DNA of 64,000 nt from Eledone cirrhosa (taxonomy: Eukaryota), in the NCBI GenBank assembly GCA_964016885.1, contig OZ024740.1:5704001-5768000 (forward strand). Reading direction: 5' to 3'. The notes below the pieces were generated by a model. It did no database searches. It was not told the origin of the DNA and was given only the letters and a program-made list of their open reading frames with translations. How positions within the stretch are numbered: position 1 is the first letter of the stretch; every line of letters starts with the position of its first letter. Shown here piece after piece: positions 1 to 12,665 of this stretch. The position numbers and the translations under genes were made by a program.

Positions 1-3000
1 TCTCTCACTCCACTGTTGGTCAGCCTCTCTCCCCATCTCTCTCTCCCTCCTGTGTTGGTCAGCCCCTCTGCCCATCTCTCTCTCCCTCCACTGTTGGTCA
101 GCCTCTCTCCCCATCTCTCTCTCCCTCCTGTGTTGGTCAACCTCTCTCCCCATCTCTCTCTCACTCCACTGTTGGTCAGCCTCTCTCCCCATCTCTCTCT
201 CCCTCCTGTGTTGGTCAGCCCCTCTGCCCATCTTTCTCTCCCTCCACTGTTGGTCAGCCTCTCTCCCCATCTCTCTCTCCCTCCTGTGTTGGTCAGCCTC
301 TCTCCCCATCTCTCTCCCACTCCACTGTTGGTCAGCCTCTCTCCCCATCTCTCTCTCCCTCCTGTGTTGGTCAGCCTCCCTCTCCCTCTCTCTCCCTCCT
401 GTGTTGGTCAGCCTCCCTCCCTCTCTCTCCCTCCTGTGTTGATCAGCCCCTCTGCCCATCTCTCTCTCCCTCCACTGTTGGTCAGCCTCTCTTCCCATCT
501 CTCTCTCCCTCCTGTGTTGGTCAGTCTCTCTCTCCATCTCTCTCTCCCTCCACTGTTGGTCAGCCTCTCTCCCCATCTCTCTCTCACTCCACTGTAGGTC
601 AGCCTCTCTCCCCATCTCTCTCTCACTCCACTGTTGGTCAGCCTCTCTCCCCATCTCTCTCTCCCTCCTGTGTTGGTCAGCCTCCCTCTCCCTCTCTCTC
701 CCTCCTGTGTTGGTCAGCCTCCCTCCCTCTCTCTCCCTCCTGTGTTGATCAGCCCCTCTGCCCATCTCTCTCTCCCTCCACTGTTGGTCAGCCTCTCTTC
801 CCATCTCTCTCTCCCTCCTGTGTTGGTCAGTCTCTCTCTCCATCTCTCTCTCCCTCCACTGTTGGTCAGCCTCTCTCCCCATCTCTCTCTCACTCCACTG
901 TAGGTCAGCCTCTCTCCCCATCTCTCTCTCACTCCACTGTTGGTCAGCCTCTCTCCCCATCTCTCTCTCACTCCACTGTTGGTCAGCCTCCCTCTCCCTC
1001 TCTCTCCCTCCTGTGTTGGTCAGCCTCTCTCCCCATCTCTCTCTCCCTCCTGTGTTGGTCAACCTCTCTCCCCATCTCTCCCTCACTCCACTATTGGTCA
1101 GCCTCTCTCCCCATCTCTCTCTCCCTCCTGTGTTGGTCAGCCCCTCTCCCCATATCTCTCCCTCTCCACTGTTGGTCAGCCTCTCTCCCCATCTCTCTCT
1201 CCCTCCTGTGTTGGTCAGCCTCCCTCTCCCTCTCTCTCGCTCCTGTGTTGGTCAGCCTCCCTCCCTCACTCTCCCTCCTGTGTTGATCAGACCCTCTGCC
1301 CATCTCTCTCTCCCTCCACTGTTGGTCAGCCTCTCTTCCCATCTCTCTCTCCCTCCTGTGTTGGTCAGTCTCTCTCTCCATCTCTCTCTCCCTCCACTGT
1401 TGGTCAGCCTCTCTCCCCATCTCTCTCTCACTCCACTGTAGGTCAGCCTCTCTCCCCATCTCTCTCTCACTCCACTGTTGGTCAGCCTCTCTCCCCATCT
1501 CTCTCTCACTCCACTGTTGGTCAGCCTCCCTCTCCCTCTCTCTCCCTCCTGTGTTGGTCAGCCTCTCTCCCCATCTCTCTCTCCCTCCTGTGTTGGTCAA
1601 CCTCTCTCCCCATCTCTCCCTCACTCCACTATTGGTCAGCCTCTCTCCCCATCTCTCTCTCCCTCCTGTGTTGGTCAGCCCCTCTGCCCATCTCTCTCTC
1701 CCTCCACTGTTGGTCAGCCTCTCTCCCCATCTCTCTCTCCCTCCTGTGTTGGTCAGCCTCTCTCCCCGTATCTCTCCCTCTCCACTGTTGGTCAGCCTCT
1801 CTCCCCATCTCTCTCTCCCTCCTGTGTTGGTCAGCCTCCCTCTCCCTCTCTCTCGCTCCTGTGTTGGTCAGCCTCCCTCCCTCACTCTCCCTCCTGTGTT
1901 GGTCAGCCCCTCTGCCCATCTCTCTCTCCCTCCACTGTTGGTCAGCCTCTCTCCCCATCTCTCTCTCCCTCCTGTGTTGGTCAGCCTCTCTCCCCATCTC
2001 TCTCCCACTCCACTGTTGGTCAGCCTCTCTCCCCATCTCTCTCTCCCTCCTGTGTTGGTCAGCCTCCCTCTCCCTCTCTCTCCCTCCTGTGTTGGTCAGC
2101 CTCCCTCCCTCTCTCTCCCTCCTGTGTTGATCAGCCCCTCTGCCCATCTCTCTCTCCCTCCACTGTTGGTCAGCCTCTCTTCCCATCTCTCTCTCCCTCC
2201 TGTGTTGGTCAGTCTCTCTCTCCATCTCTCTCTCCCTCCACTGTTGGTCAGCCTCTCTCCCCATCTCTCTCTCACTCCACTGTAGGTCAGCCTCTCTCCC
2301 CATCTCTCTCTCACTCCACTGTTGGTCAGCCTCTCTCCCCATCTCTCTCTCACTCCACTGTTGGTCAGCCTCCCTCTCCCTCTCTCTCCCTCCTGTGTTG
2401 GTCAGCCTCTCTCCCCATCTCTCTCTCCCTCCTGTGTTGGTCAACCTCTCTCCCCATCTCTCCCTCACTCCACTATTGGTCAGCCTCTCTCCCCATCTCT
2501 CTCTCCCTCCTGTGTTGGTCAGCCCCTCTGCCCATCTCTCTCTCCCTCCACTGTTGGTCAGCCTCTCTCCCCATCTCTCTCTCCCTCCTGTGTTGGTCAG
2601 CCTCTCTCCCCATCTCTCTCTCACTCCACTGTTGGTCAGCCTCTCTCCCCATCTCTCTCTCCCTCCTGTGTTGGTCAGCCCCTCTGCCCATCTCTCTCTC
2701 CCTCCACTGTTTGTCAGCCTCTCTCCCCATCTCTCTCTCCCTCCTGTGTTGGTCAACCTCTCTTCCCATCTCTCTCTCACTCCACTGTTGGTCAGCCTCT
2801 CTGCCCATCTCTCTCTCCCTCCTGTGTTGGTCAGCCCCTCTGCCCATCTCTCTCTCCCTCCACTGTTGGTCAGCCTCTCTCCCCATCTCTCTCTCCCTCC
2901 TGTGTTGGTCAGCCTCTCTCCCCATCTCTCTCTCACTCCACTGTTGGTCAGCCTCCCTCTCCCTCTCTATCCCTCCTGTGTGGGTCATCCTCTCTCCCTA

Positions 3001-6000
3001 TCTCTCTCTCACTCCACTGTTGGTCAGCCTCTCTCCCCATCTCTCTCTCCCTCCTGTGTTGGTCAGCCTCCCTCTCCCTCTCTATCCCTCCTGTGTTGGT
3101 CAGCCTCTCACCCCATCTCTCTCTCCCTCCTGTGTTGGTCAACCTCTCTCCCCATCTCTCTCTCACTCCACTGTTGGTCAGCCTCTCTCCCCATCTCTCT
3201 CTCCCTCTGTGTTGGTCAGCCCCTCTGCCCATCTCTCTCTCCCTCCACTGTTGGTCAGCCTCTCTGCCCATCTCTCTCCCTCCACTGTTGGTCAGCCTCT
3301 CTCCCCATCTCTCTCTCCCTCCTGTGTTGGTCAAGCTCTCTCCCCATCTCTCTCTCACTCCACTGTTGGTCAGCCTCTCTCCCCATCTCTCTCTCCCTCC
3401 TGTGTTGGTCAGCCCCTCTGCCCATCTCTCTCTCCCTCCACTGTTGGTCAGCCGCTCTCCCCATCTCTCTCTCCCTCCTGTGTTGGTCAGCCTCTCTCCC
3501 CATCTCTCTCTCACTCCACTGTTGGTCAGCCTCTCTCCCCATCTCTCTCTCCCTCCTGTGTTGGTCAGCCTCCCTCTCCCTCTCTCTCCCTCCTGTGTTG
3601 GTCAGCCTCCCTCCCTCTCTCTCCCTGCTGTGTTGATCAGCCCCTCTGCCCATCTCTCTCTCCCTCCACTGTTGGTCAGCCTCTCTTCCCATCTCTCTCT
3701 CCCTCCTGTGTTGGTCAGTCTCTCTCTCCATCTCTCTCTCCCTCCACTGTTGGTCAGCCTCTCTCCCCATCTCTCTCTCACTCCACTGTAGGTCAGCCTC
3801 TCTCCCCATCTCTCTCTCACTCCACTGTTGGTCAGCCTCTCTCCCCATCTCTCTCTCACTCCACTGTTGGTCAGCCTCTCTGCCCATCTCTCTCTCCCTC
3901 CTGTGTTGGTCAGCCCCTCTGCCCATCTCTCTCTCCCTCCACTGTTGGTCAGCCTCTCTCCCCATCTCTCTCTCCCTCCTGTGTTGGTCAGCCTCTCTCC
4001 CCATCTCTCTCTCACTCCACTGTTGGTCAGCCTCCCTCTCCCTCTCTATCCCTCCTGTGTGGGTCATCCTCTCTCCCTATCTCTCTCTCACTCCACTGTT
4101 GGTCAGCCTCTCTCCCCATCTCTCTCTCCCTCCTGTGTTGGTCAGCCTCCCTCTCCCTCTCTATCCCTCCTGTGTTGGTCAGCCTCTCACCCCATCTCTC
4201 TCTCCCTCCTGTGTTGGTCAACCTCTCTCCCCATCTCTCTCTCACTCCACTGTTGGTCAGCCTCTCTCCCCATCTCTCTCTCCCTCTGTGTTGGTCAGCC
4301 CCTCTGCCCATCTCTCTCTCCCTCCACTGTTGGTCAGCCTCTCTGCCCATCTCTCTCCCTCCACTGTTGGTCAGCCTCTCTCCCCATCTCTCTCTCCCTC
4401 CTGTGTTGGTCAAGCTCTCTCCCCATCTCTCTCTCACTCCACTGTTGGTCAGCCTCTCTCCCCATCTCTCTCTCCCTCCTGTGTTGGTCAGCCCCTCTGC
4501 CCATCTCTCTCTCCCTCCACTGTTGGTCAGCCGCTCTCCCCATCTCTCTCTCCCTCCTGTGTTGGTCAGCCTCTCTCCCCATCTCTCTCTCACTCCACTG
4601 TTGGTCAGCCTCTCTCCCCATCTCTCTCTCCCTCCTGTGTTGGTCAGCCTCCCTCTCCCTCTCTCTCCCTCCTGTGTTGGTCAGCCTCCCTCCCTCTCTC
4701 TCCCTGCTGTGTTGATCAGCCCCTCTGCCCATCTCTCTCTCCCTCCACTGTTGGTCAGCCTCTCTTCCCATCTCTCTCTCCCTCCTGTGTTGGTCAGTCT
4801 CTCTCTCCATCTCTCTCTCCCTCCACTGTTGGTCAGCCTCTCTCCCCATCTCTCTCTCACTCCACTGTAGGTCAGCCTCTCTCCCCATCTCTCTCTCACT
4901 CCACTGTTGGTCAGCCTCTCTCCCCATCTCTCTCTCACTCCACTGTTGGTCAGCCTCCCTCTCCCTCTCTATCCCTCCTGTGTAGGTCAGCCTCTCTCCC
5001 CATCTCTCTCTCACTCCACGGTTGGTCAGCCTCTATCCCCATCTCTCTCTCACTCCACTGTTGGTCAGCCTCCCTCTCCCTCTCTATCCCTCCACTGTTG
5101 GTCAGCCTCTATCCCCATCTCTCTCTCACTCCACTGTTGGTCAGCCTCCCTCTCCCTCTCTATCCTTCCTGTGTTGGTCAGCCTCTCTCCACATCTCTCT
5201 CTCCGTCCTGTGTTGGTCAGCCTCTGTCCCCATCTCTCTCTCCCTTCTGTGTTGGTCAGCCTCTCTCCCCATCTCTCTCTCCCTTCTGTGTTGGTCAGCC
5301 TCTCTCCCCATCTCTCTCTCACTCCACTGTTGGTCAGCCTCTCTCCCCATCTCTCTCTCACTCCACTGTTGGTCAGCCTCTCTCCCCATCTCTCTCTCCC
5401 TCCTGTGTTGGTCAGCCTCCCTCTCCCTCCCTATCCCTCCTGTGTTGGTCAGTCTCTCTCCACATCTCTCTCTCCCTCCTGTGTTGGTCAGCCTCTCTCC
5501 CCATCTCTCTCTCCCACCTGTGTTGGTCAGCCTCCCTCCCCCTCTCCCTCTCCCTCCTGTGTTGGTCAGCCTCCCTCCCTCTCTCTCCCTCCTGTGTTGG
5601 TCAGCCTCTCTCCCCATCTCTCTCTCACTCCATTGTTGGTCAGCCTCTCTCCCCACCATCTCTCTCTCCCTCCTGTGTTGGTCAATCTCTCTCCACATCT
5701 CTCTCTCCCTCCTGTGTTGGTCAGCCTCTCTCCCCATCTCTCTCTCCCTCCTGTGTTAGTCAGCCTCTCTCCCCATCTCTCTCTCCCTCCACTGTTGGTT
5801 AGCCTCTCTCCCCATCTCTCTCTCCTTCCTGTGTTGGTCAGCCTCTCTCCCCATCTCTCTCTCCCACCTGTGTTGGTCAGCCTCCCTGCGCCTCTCTCTC
5901 TCCCTCCTGTATTGGTCAGCCTCCCTCCCTCTCTCTCCCTCCTGTGTTGGTTAGCCTCTCTCCCCATCTCTCTCTCACTCCATTGTTGGTCAGCCTCTCT

Positions 6001-7700
6001 CCCCACCATCTCTCTCTCCCTCCTGTGTTGGTCAATCTCTCTCCACATCTCTCTCTCCCTCCTGTGTTGGTCAGCCTCTCTCCCCATCTCTCTCTCCCTC
6101 CTGTGTTAGTCAGCCTCTCTCCCCATCTCTCTCTCCCTCCACTGTTGGTTAGCCTCTCTCCCCATCTCTCTCTCCTTCCTGTGTTGGTCAGCCTCTCTCC
6201 CCATCTCTCTCTCCCACCTGTGTTGGTCAGCCTCCCTGCGCCTCTCTCTCTCCCTCCTGTATTGGTCAGCCTCCCTCCCTCTCTCTCCCTCCTGTGTTGG
6301 TTAGCCTCTCTCCCCATCTCTCTCTCACTCCTGTTGGTCAGCCTACTTCCCTCTCTCTCTCTCTCCCTCCTGTGTTGGTCAGCCTCCTCCTATCCTCCCT
6401 CTCTCTCTCCACTGTTGGTCAGCCTCTCTCCCCATCTCTCTCTCACTCCTGTGTTGGTCGCCCCTCTCTCCCCATCTCTCTCTCCCTCCACTGTTGGTCA
6501 GTCTCTCTCCCCACCATCTCTCTCTCCCTCCTGTGTTGGTCAATCTCTCTCCCCATCTCTCTCTCCCTCCTGTGTTGGTCAGCCACCCTCTCCCTCTCTC
6601 TCCCTCCTGTGTTGGTCAGCCTCTCTCCCCATCTCTCTCTCCCTCCTGTGTTGGTCAGCCTCTCTCCCCATCTCTCTCTCCCTCCACTGTTGGTCAGCCT
6701 CTCTCCCCATCTCTCTCTCCTTCCTGTGTTGGTCAGCCTCTCTCCCCATCTCTCTCTCCCTCCTGTGTTGGTCAGCCTCCCTCCCTATCTCTCTATCCCT
6801 CCTGTGTTGTCAGCCTCTTTTCCCATCTCTTTCTCCCTTCACTGTTGGTCAGCCTCTCTCCCCATCTCTCTCTCCCTCCACTGTTGGTTAGCCTCTCTCC
6901 CTCCACTGTTGGCCAACCTCTCTCCCCATTTCTCTCTCCCTCCTGTGTTGGTCAGCCTCTCTCCCCATCTCTCTCTCCCTCCACTGTTGGTCAGCCTCTC
7001 TCCCCATCTCTCTCTCCCTCCTGTGTTGGTCAGCCTCTCTCCCCATCTCTCTCTCCCTCCTGTGTCGGTCAGCCTCTCTCACCATCTCTCTCTCACTCCA
7101 CTGTTGGTCAGCCTCTCTCCCCATCTCTCTCTCCCTCCACTGTTGGTCAGCCTCTCTCCCCATCTCTCTCTCCCTCCTGTGTTGGTCAGCCTCTCTCCCC
7201 ATCTCTCTCTCCCTCCTGTGTTGGTCAGCCTCTCTCCCCATCTATCTCTCCCTCCTGTGTTGGTCAGCCTCTCTCCCCATCTCTCTCTCCCTCCTGTGTT
7301 GGTCAGCCTCTCTCCCCATCTATCTCTCCCTCCTGTGTTGGTCAGCCTCCCTCTCCCTCTCTCTCCCTCCTGTGTTGGTCAGCCTCTCTCCACATCTCTC
7401 TCTCTCTCCTGTGTTGGTCAGCCTCTCTCCCCATCTCTCTCTCCCTCCACTGTTGGTCAGCCTCTCTCTCCATCTCTCTCTTCCTCCACTGTTGGTCAGT
7501 CTCCCTCGCTTTCCTTCTCTCCTCTGTTGATCAGCTCCCCCTCTCTCTCCCCCTCCTCTGTTGGTCAGCCCCCCTCTCTCTCCCCCTCCTCTGTTGGCCA
7601 GCCTTTCCCATCTGTTGTTAAGCCCCCCCCCTCCGTTAGTAAGCCCCCTCTCTCCCCCTCCTCTGTTGGTCAGCCCCCACTCCTCCTCTCTCTCTCTTGC
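1..7700. repeat. CT-rich minisatellite, ~39-bp unit (ctctctccccatctctctctccctcctgtgttggtcagc and variants), truncated by the window start
   Basis: Roughly 200 tandem units sharing the core tgttggtcagcc, degenerating towards 7700; higher-order duplications (identical ORF text at 2948 and 4027, period 1079). The long ORFs here are repeat artefacts. Confidence 0.97.
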
Positions 7701-7735
7701 CATTAGTTTCTCATATCAATTATTTTCTATTACAG

Positions 7736-7781
7736 AACATCTCCAGAAGCGCCACAAGTTGCTCTACATTTCTTGGATGAT
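7736..7781 (+). other. Candidate 46-nt host exon (would encode [15 protein letters not shown])
   Basis: Acceptor ttattttctattacag and donor GAT/gtaagt around an open frame in a small island of unique sequence; no homology recognised. Confidence 0.35.
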
Positions 7782-7901
7782 GTAAGTAGAAGATCAGAAT
7801 ACAGACAGTTGTGTGTCTGTGTATATATATGTCTGTCTGTATATATATATATATGTATATATGTGTGTCTGTGTATATATACATATATGTATATGTGTGT
7901 C

Positions 7902-7973
<72 letters not shown>

Positions 7974-8462
7974 TATATATATATTTATATATGTGTGTCT
8001 GTGTATATATATATATATATGTCTGTCTGTGTATAAATATATATGTGTGTCTGTGTATATATATATATATATAAATATATATTTGAAAAAAGGAAAAGAA
8101 TGACTTCACTTGTAGTTCTAAATAATTTGATTTAATTTTATAATATTGCTAGCTAGCCCGTCCGGCTGGTGCCCGGCTAGGTATACTGCCATTTTATCTT
8201 TTCAGGATTTCCCCCTCCACTCCAGTGCAAAAATACCACACGCCCTCTCAAGTCTGTGAGGTTGGGGTGGGATTGGTGGGGGTTAACGTGCTCTGATGTT
8301 GGGTTTGAATAGTTTTTAGGATTCCCCAGTTCAGCAGCCAGTACCTTAAAGAAAATTGATAGTTACAACAATAAAGGTTGAACAGAGAACACATTTTTTA
8401 ACAAAGTTTACAATAATTTGTACAACCATAATGGAAATTCCAAGTAACAGAAAATACATAAA

Positions 8463-8663
8463 TTACATTGTTAGAGCCTCAGAGTATACAATAGTTTTTG
8501 TTCGGCTCTCGGGAGCAAAGATGAAGAGATTGTATGGCGAGCTCACCCTAGAGCATCCTACATACAATTGACCATGGGAGTTGCATGGTTTTCCCTGATG
8601 AAGGCCAGCCACTTTTAGGGTTTGACCCTGAGCTTTGTTGATGGTAATCGCGAAGCTTAGTCT
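8463..8663 (-). pseudogene. Helitron PIF1-like helicase C-terminal fragment
   Basis: Manual translation RLSFAITINKAQGQTLKVAGLHQGKPCNSHGQLYVGCSRVSSPYNLFIFAPESRTKTIVYSEALTM* has the TINKxQGQT and HGQLYVxxSRV motifs; absent from the ORF track. Confidence 0.9.
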
Positions 8664-8844
8664 CTCTGTTGCTTTAGTAACGTTTTTTCTTCTGGAAAAT
8701 CTGATCTTCCAGCAAGGCTGGGACTTTTTGGGTGGTATATCGGCAATAACAATGATGATAAGCCGTCTGTGCTTTCGTGAAATAGATACGTTTGTTTATA
8801 TTTTGTTTTTGTGTATGCAAAAATATCTGTACACGAATATATAT

Positions 8845-9158
8845 ATTAAAATAACATATTAAAGTTTAAGCAAAGTATCGCTGCTTTCACTCTTAACGGG
8901 ATATTCTGAAACTAAATAAATCAATCTGTGAATGCAGAAGTAAATATTTCGAAAAACGTTGCAGCTGAAGGAAAACAGGAAGACGATACTTTGGTTCGTG
9001 AAGACGTTCCCTGGCAATGAACGGAAAAAAGCGAAGATAATACGTCAGCAATGAGAACAATATTTGCTCTAGGGTTCTTATATATTTGATATATATTTAT
9101 CCTTATCGAGCCCTCTTTGGATTTTAGTCTTCACATTTATTATTATTACTATTATTAC

Positions 9159-9160
<2 letters not shown>
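8845..9160 (-). mobile_element. Deleted relative of the Penelope-like element at 10008-10890, nested in the Helitron
   Basis: 8845-9012 is a diverged reverse complement of ~10722-10890, and 9060-9155 of ~10008-10097; bounded by AT tracts. Confidence 0.65.
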
Positions 9161-9218
<58 letters not shown>

Positions 9219-9887
9219 TTGAGAGGGCGTGCGGTATCTTTACACTGAATTAATTAAAAGTTGGTTAGAAGCGAAGTCAATGCAGACAGACAGCCAGACA
9301 GACAGATATCATAATGCAGACAGCCATACATACAGAGACATATTATAATGGCGCAACGTTTTAGCTATGTATCTATCTAAAAAGACAAACTAAGAAAGAG
9401 AGAGGAATGTCATATAACCAGAAGTGTTGACATTTGAAAATTTTAAAGAAGTAAATATTTAAATAAACGATAAAATATCTTTAATCTTTTAACGAAATTT
9501 AGAAGACAAAAATACCCTCACTTTCTTATTTGGAAAAAGTTACATCTATGGTGCAACTTTGGTGCTGTTTCGTCCAGCTGTTTGGCGAAAAGTTTGTTAC
9601 ATACATATGGCCGTCAGCTTTATAATATAGATAGATATTATGAGTTGGTAGATCTAGTAAGTTCTTTGTTAACTTCGGTGGGAAGATTTTTAAAGATTCC
9701 TGGTTAACTTTCCTGGAGAACTTTCTCGCATTCGTCGGGGGTGATTGTCAAACTGAGATGAGGTTGTATAAAACCGTTAGATTATGATTTAAAATTAAAT
9801 CAAATTTTTTAGAACTTCAAGTGATGTCATTCTTTTCCTTTGTTCAAATATACCTAACTGTACCAAGGATTTCACACATTTTCCAAA

Positions 9888-9991
<104 letters not shown>

Positions 9992-10007
9992 ATATATATA
10001 TATATAT

Positions 10008-10890
10008 AGTAATAATAATCAATTTGAAGACTAAAATCCAAAGAGGGCTCGATAAGGATAAATATATATCAAATATATAAGAACCGTAGGGCAAATAACA
10101 TCACAGCTTCAAATTTAGCTAAACTACCTAGCCGTAGGAACACGTGCAACCCTGTAGTTAGTACTAACTGTAATTGTAGGAATCGGGTTGATTGCCCCCT
10201 ATCCGGGAAATGCCTCTCTAGTAACATTGTCTACAGATGTAAGGTTGAAACACCCACGTCCCGTAGGGCCTACATAGGGTTAACCGCCAATAGATTCAAG
10301 CATCGTCTTTATATGCATACCCATTCTTTTCGTTACCCTCTAAGAAGGAATATGACGTCACTGTCAGCTTATATCTGGAGTCTAAAAGACAACCACACCC
10401 AATATAAGTTACACTGGGAGATCCTAGCTAGGGCTAGATCGTATAACGGAAATAAAAGACCATGTGACCTCTGCGCCGCTGAGGCCCTGGAAATACTCTA
10501 CGCCACAGACGACATCTTAAACAAAAAATCTGAGGCAATTTCGGCTTGTAAACATAAATTGCACAAAACTTTCCTGTATTACAGCCCCACATTATACCCT
10601 AACTGATAGTACGATCTATACGTGGATATTTTACGTCTTGATATGGTAGCTAAGTATATGTTATGTTTATACCATTTCTTATTTGCTTAGGTAAGTATAT
10701 ATTACCTGTATGTTTTGTGAAGGGAACGTTTCCACGAACCAAAGTATCGTCTTCCTGTTTTCCCCCGGTTGCAACGTTTTTTGAAATATCCACTTCTGCG
10801 TTTACATATTGATTTTGTTAGTTTCAGAAGATCCCGTTAAGGGTGAAAGCAGCGATTCTTTGCTTAAACTTTAATCTGTTATTTTAATAA
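10008..10890 (+). mobile_element. Penelope-like element remnant with GIY-YIG endonuclease C-terminus (coding ~10094-10606)
   Basis: The frame upstream of ORF 10313 reads CNCRNRVDCPLSGKCLSSNIVYRCKVETPTSRRAYIGLTANRFKHRLYMH: Cys linker, IVY...YIG motif and conserved Arg; flanked by (TA)n. Confidence 0.85.
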
Positions 10891-10905
10891 ATATATATAT
10901 ATATA

Positions 10906-11080
10906 TAATTAGAAAGTGAACAACAAAATATATAAATATATAACTACTCCATTACCAAATTTTTCAGGACCCTAGACAATAATAACATACGTACGAACTA
11001 GACGTATGTTATTTTTGTCTAGAGTCCTGAAACATTTGGCAATGGAGTAGTTATATATTGTGTTGTTCACTTTCTAATTA
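10906..11080. repeat. Imperfect ~175-bp fold-back palindrome
   Basis: taattagaaagtgaacaac...aataacatacgt mirrored by acgtatgttatt...gttgttcactttctaatta. Confidence 0.85.
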
Positions 11081-11215
11081 AATAGCTCTGTGCTATACAT
11101 AGAGTACTCTTTTTTCCTTTGCTTTTTCTTCGGAAATACCTAACACATATATTATATATATACAAATATTTCTGTGTGGTGGTGGTGGTGGTGGTGGGGC
11201 TGGTGTGTGTTTGTG

Positions 11216-11249
<34 letters not shown>

Positions 11250-11628
11250 GTGCTGGTGTCATTGTAAAATGTACCCAGTACACTCTGTAAAGTGGTAATG
11301 CTGATGACACAATAAAATACACCCAGTACACTGTGTAAAGTGGTAGTGCTGATGACACAATACAATACACCCAGTATACTCTGTAAAGTGGTAGTGGTAT
11401 TTCCATGATAAAATGCACCCAGTGTACTCTGTAAAGTGGTAGTGCTGGTGCTACAATAAAATGTACCCAGTACACTGTGTAAAGTGGTAGTGCTGGTGCC
11501 ACAACAAAATGCACCCAGTATACTTTGTAAAGTAGTAGTGCTGCTGCCACAATAAAATACACACTGTGTACTCTGTAAAATTTTAGTGCTGATGCCACAA
11601 TAAAATGCACCCAGTACATGCTGTAAAA
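11250..11628. repeat. 48-bp minisatellite, ~7-8 copies
   Basis: Unit approximately aaaatgcacccagtacactctgtaaagtggtagtgctggtgccacaat; resembles the repeat in the RTE 3-prime UTR (63707-63780). Confidence 0.9.
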
Positions 11629-11975
11629 TGTCTCTTAAATCATAATCGAACGGTTTTATACGAAGGAGTGTTTCAGCTGTATAATTCTTGTATTACTGAA
11701 AACTTAGATCAGTTTGGGAATAAAGATTAGTAGAAATAAAGTGTTGGAATTACCATTATCTTAGTACATGACACGGTTCTGACATGGAGGATTGGTTAAG
11801 AAGTTTGCTTCAGAATCATGAGGTTCTGGATTTGTGTCTTTTATTATAGCCTCAGGTGGGGTCAAACCTTGTGGGTGACATTGAATCAATGGAAACTGTT
11901 TGATAATCCAACAGATTTTACATGTAATTTAGAAGTTTATTGTGTCATACTGAATTTACCAGGGCTGTAACTAGG

Positions 11976-12665
11976 GTTGGATCAACTTCCAGGCTCAGAT
12001 TTTAATGTGTCATATAATAGATCCTTCATCAGTTTCTAGGAGAAGTATTCAGTAGCTTGATCTACAGTACCACCTACACATTAAAATAAGTATTCCTCAC
12101 ACATGTGTATACTTAAAAGTGGTAAGAAACACTCAAAACAGCAGCAGGTCTTCAGAGAAGAAACCCCACCCTCAAACAAATGTTTAGGCTAGGATGGCTC
12201 TTCAGGGTTTTTTTTGGGGGGGGGGGGGGTCATACACAAAGTATTAGAATACACAGCAAATCCCCAATTTTACATATCAAAGTTAACTTGGCTCAAGTAA
12301 TTGCAATGGAAAAGTTATACATACAGGTATTAAATTAAAAAATGTTAACAATCCTAAAACTAAAAAGCCCAGCTGAGGGCACAAATAAATTGCTATGGTC
12401 ATCGCTGGTAGGGCGATTGCTCCCTTTGTATCTCCATTAAATCCGGCCCTAGCCTAAACATTTGTTTGAGGGTGGGGTTTCTTCTCTGAAGACCTGCTGC
12501 TGTTTTGAGTGTTTCTTACCACTTTTAAGTATACACATGTGTGAGGAATACTTATTTTAATGTGTAGGTGGTACTGTAGATCAAGCTACTGAATACTTCT
12601 CCTAGAAACTGATGAAGGATCTATTATATGACACATTAAAATCTGAGCCTGGAAGTTGATCCAAC
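11976..12665. repeat. Inverted repeat with 218-bp arms (11976-12193 and 12448-12665) and a 254-bp spacer
   Basis: Arms read as exact reverse complements (gttggatcaacttccaggctcag... / ...ctgagcctggaagttgatccaac). Confidence 0.92.

Larger units (their letters stand above)
8149..9635 (-). mobile_element. Internally deleted Helitron with a nested insertion
   Basis: Minus strand starts A|TCTATCTATATTATAAAG at 9635 and ends in a GC-rich hairpin region plus CTAG at 8149; it contains a PIF1-type helicase C-terminus. Confidence 0.75.

Noticed and set aside
16-7706. Long ORFs (up to 1130 aa) in the CT-rich repeat
   Set aside because: The 39-bp unit is a multiple of 3 and stop-poor; several frames on both strands are open and no domain is present.
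8590-8630. CTGATGA hammerhead core at ~8596
   Set aside because: No GAAA or stem III follows; it is the antisense of Helitron helicase codons.
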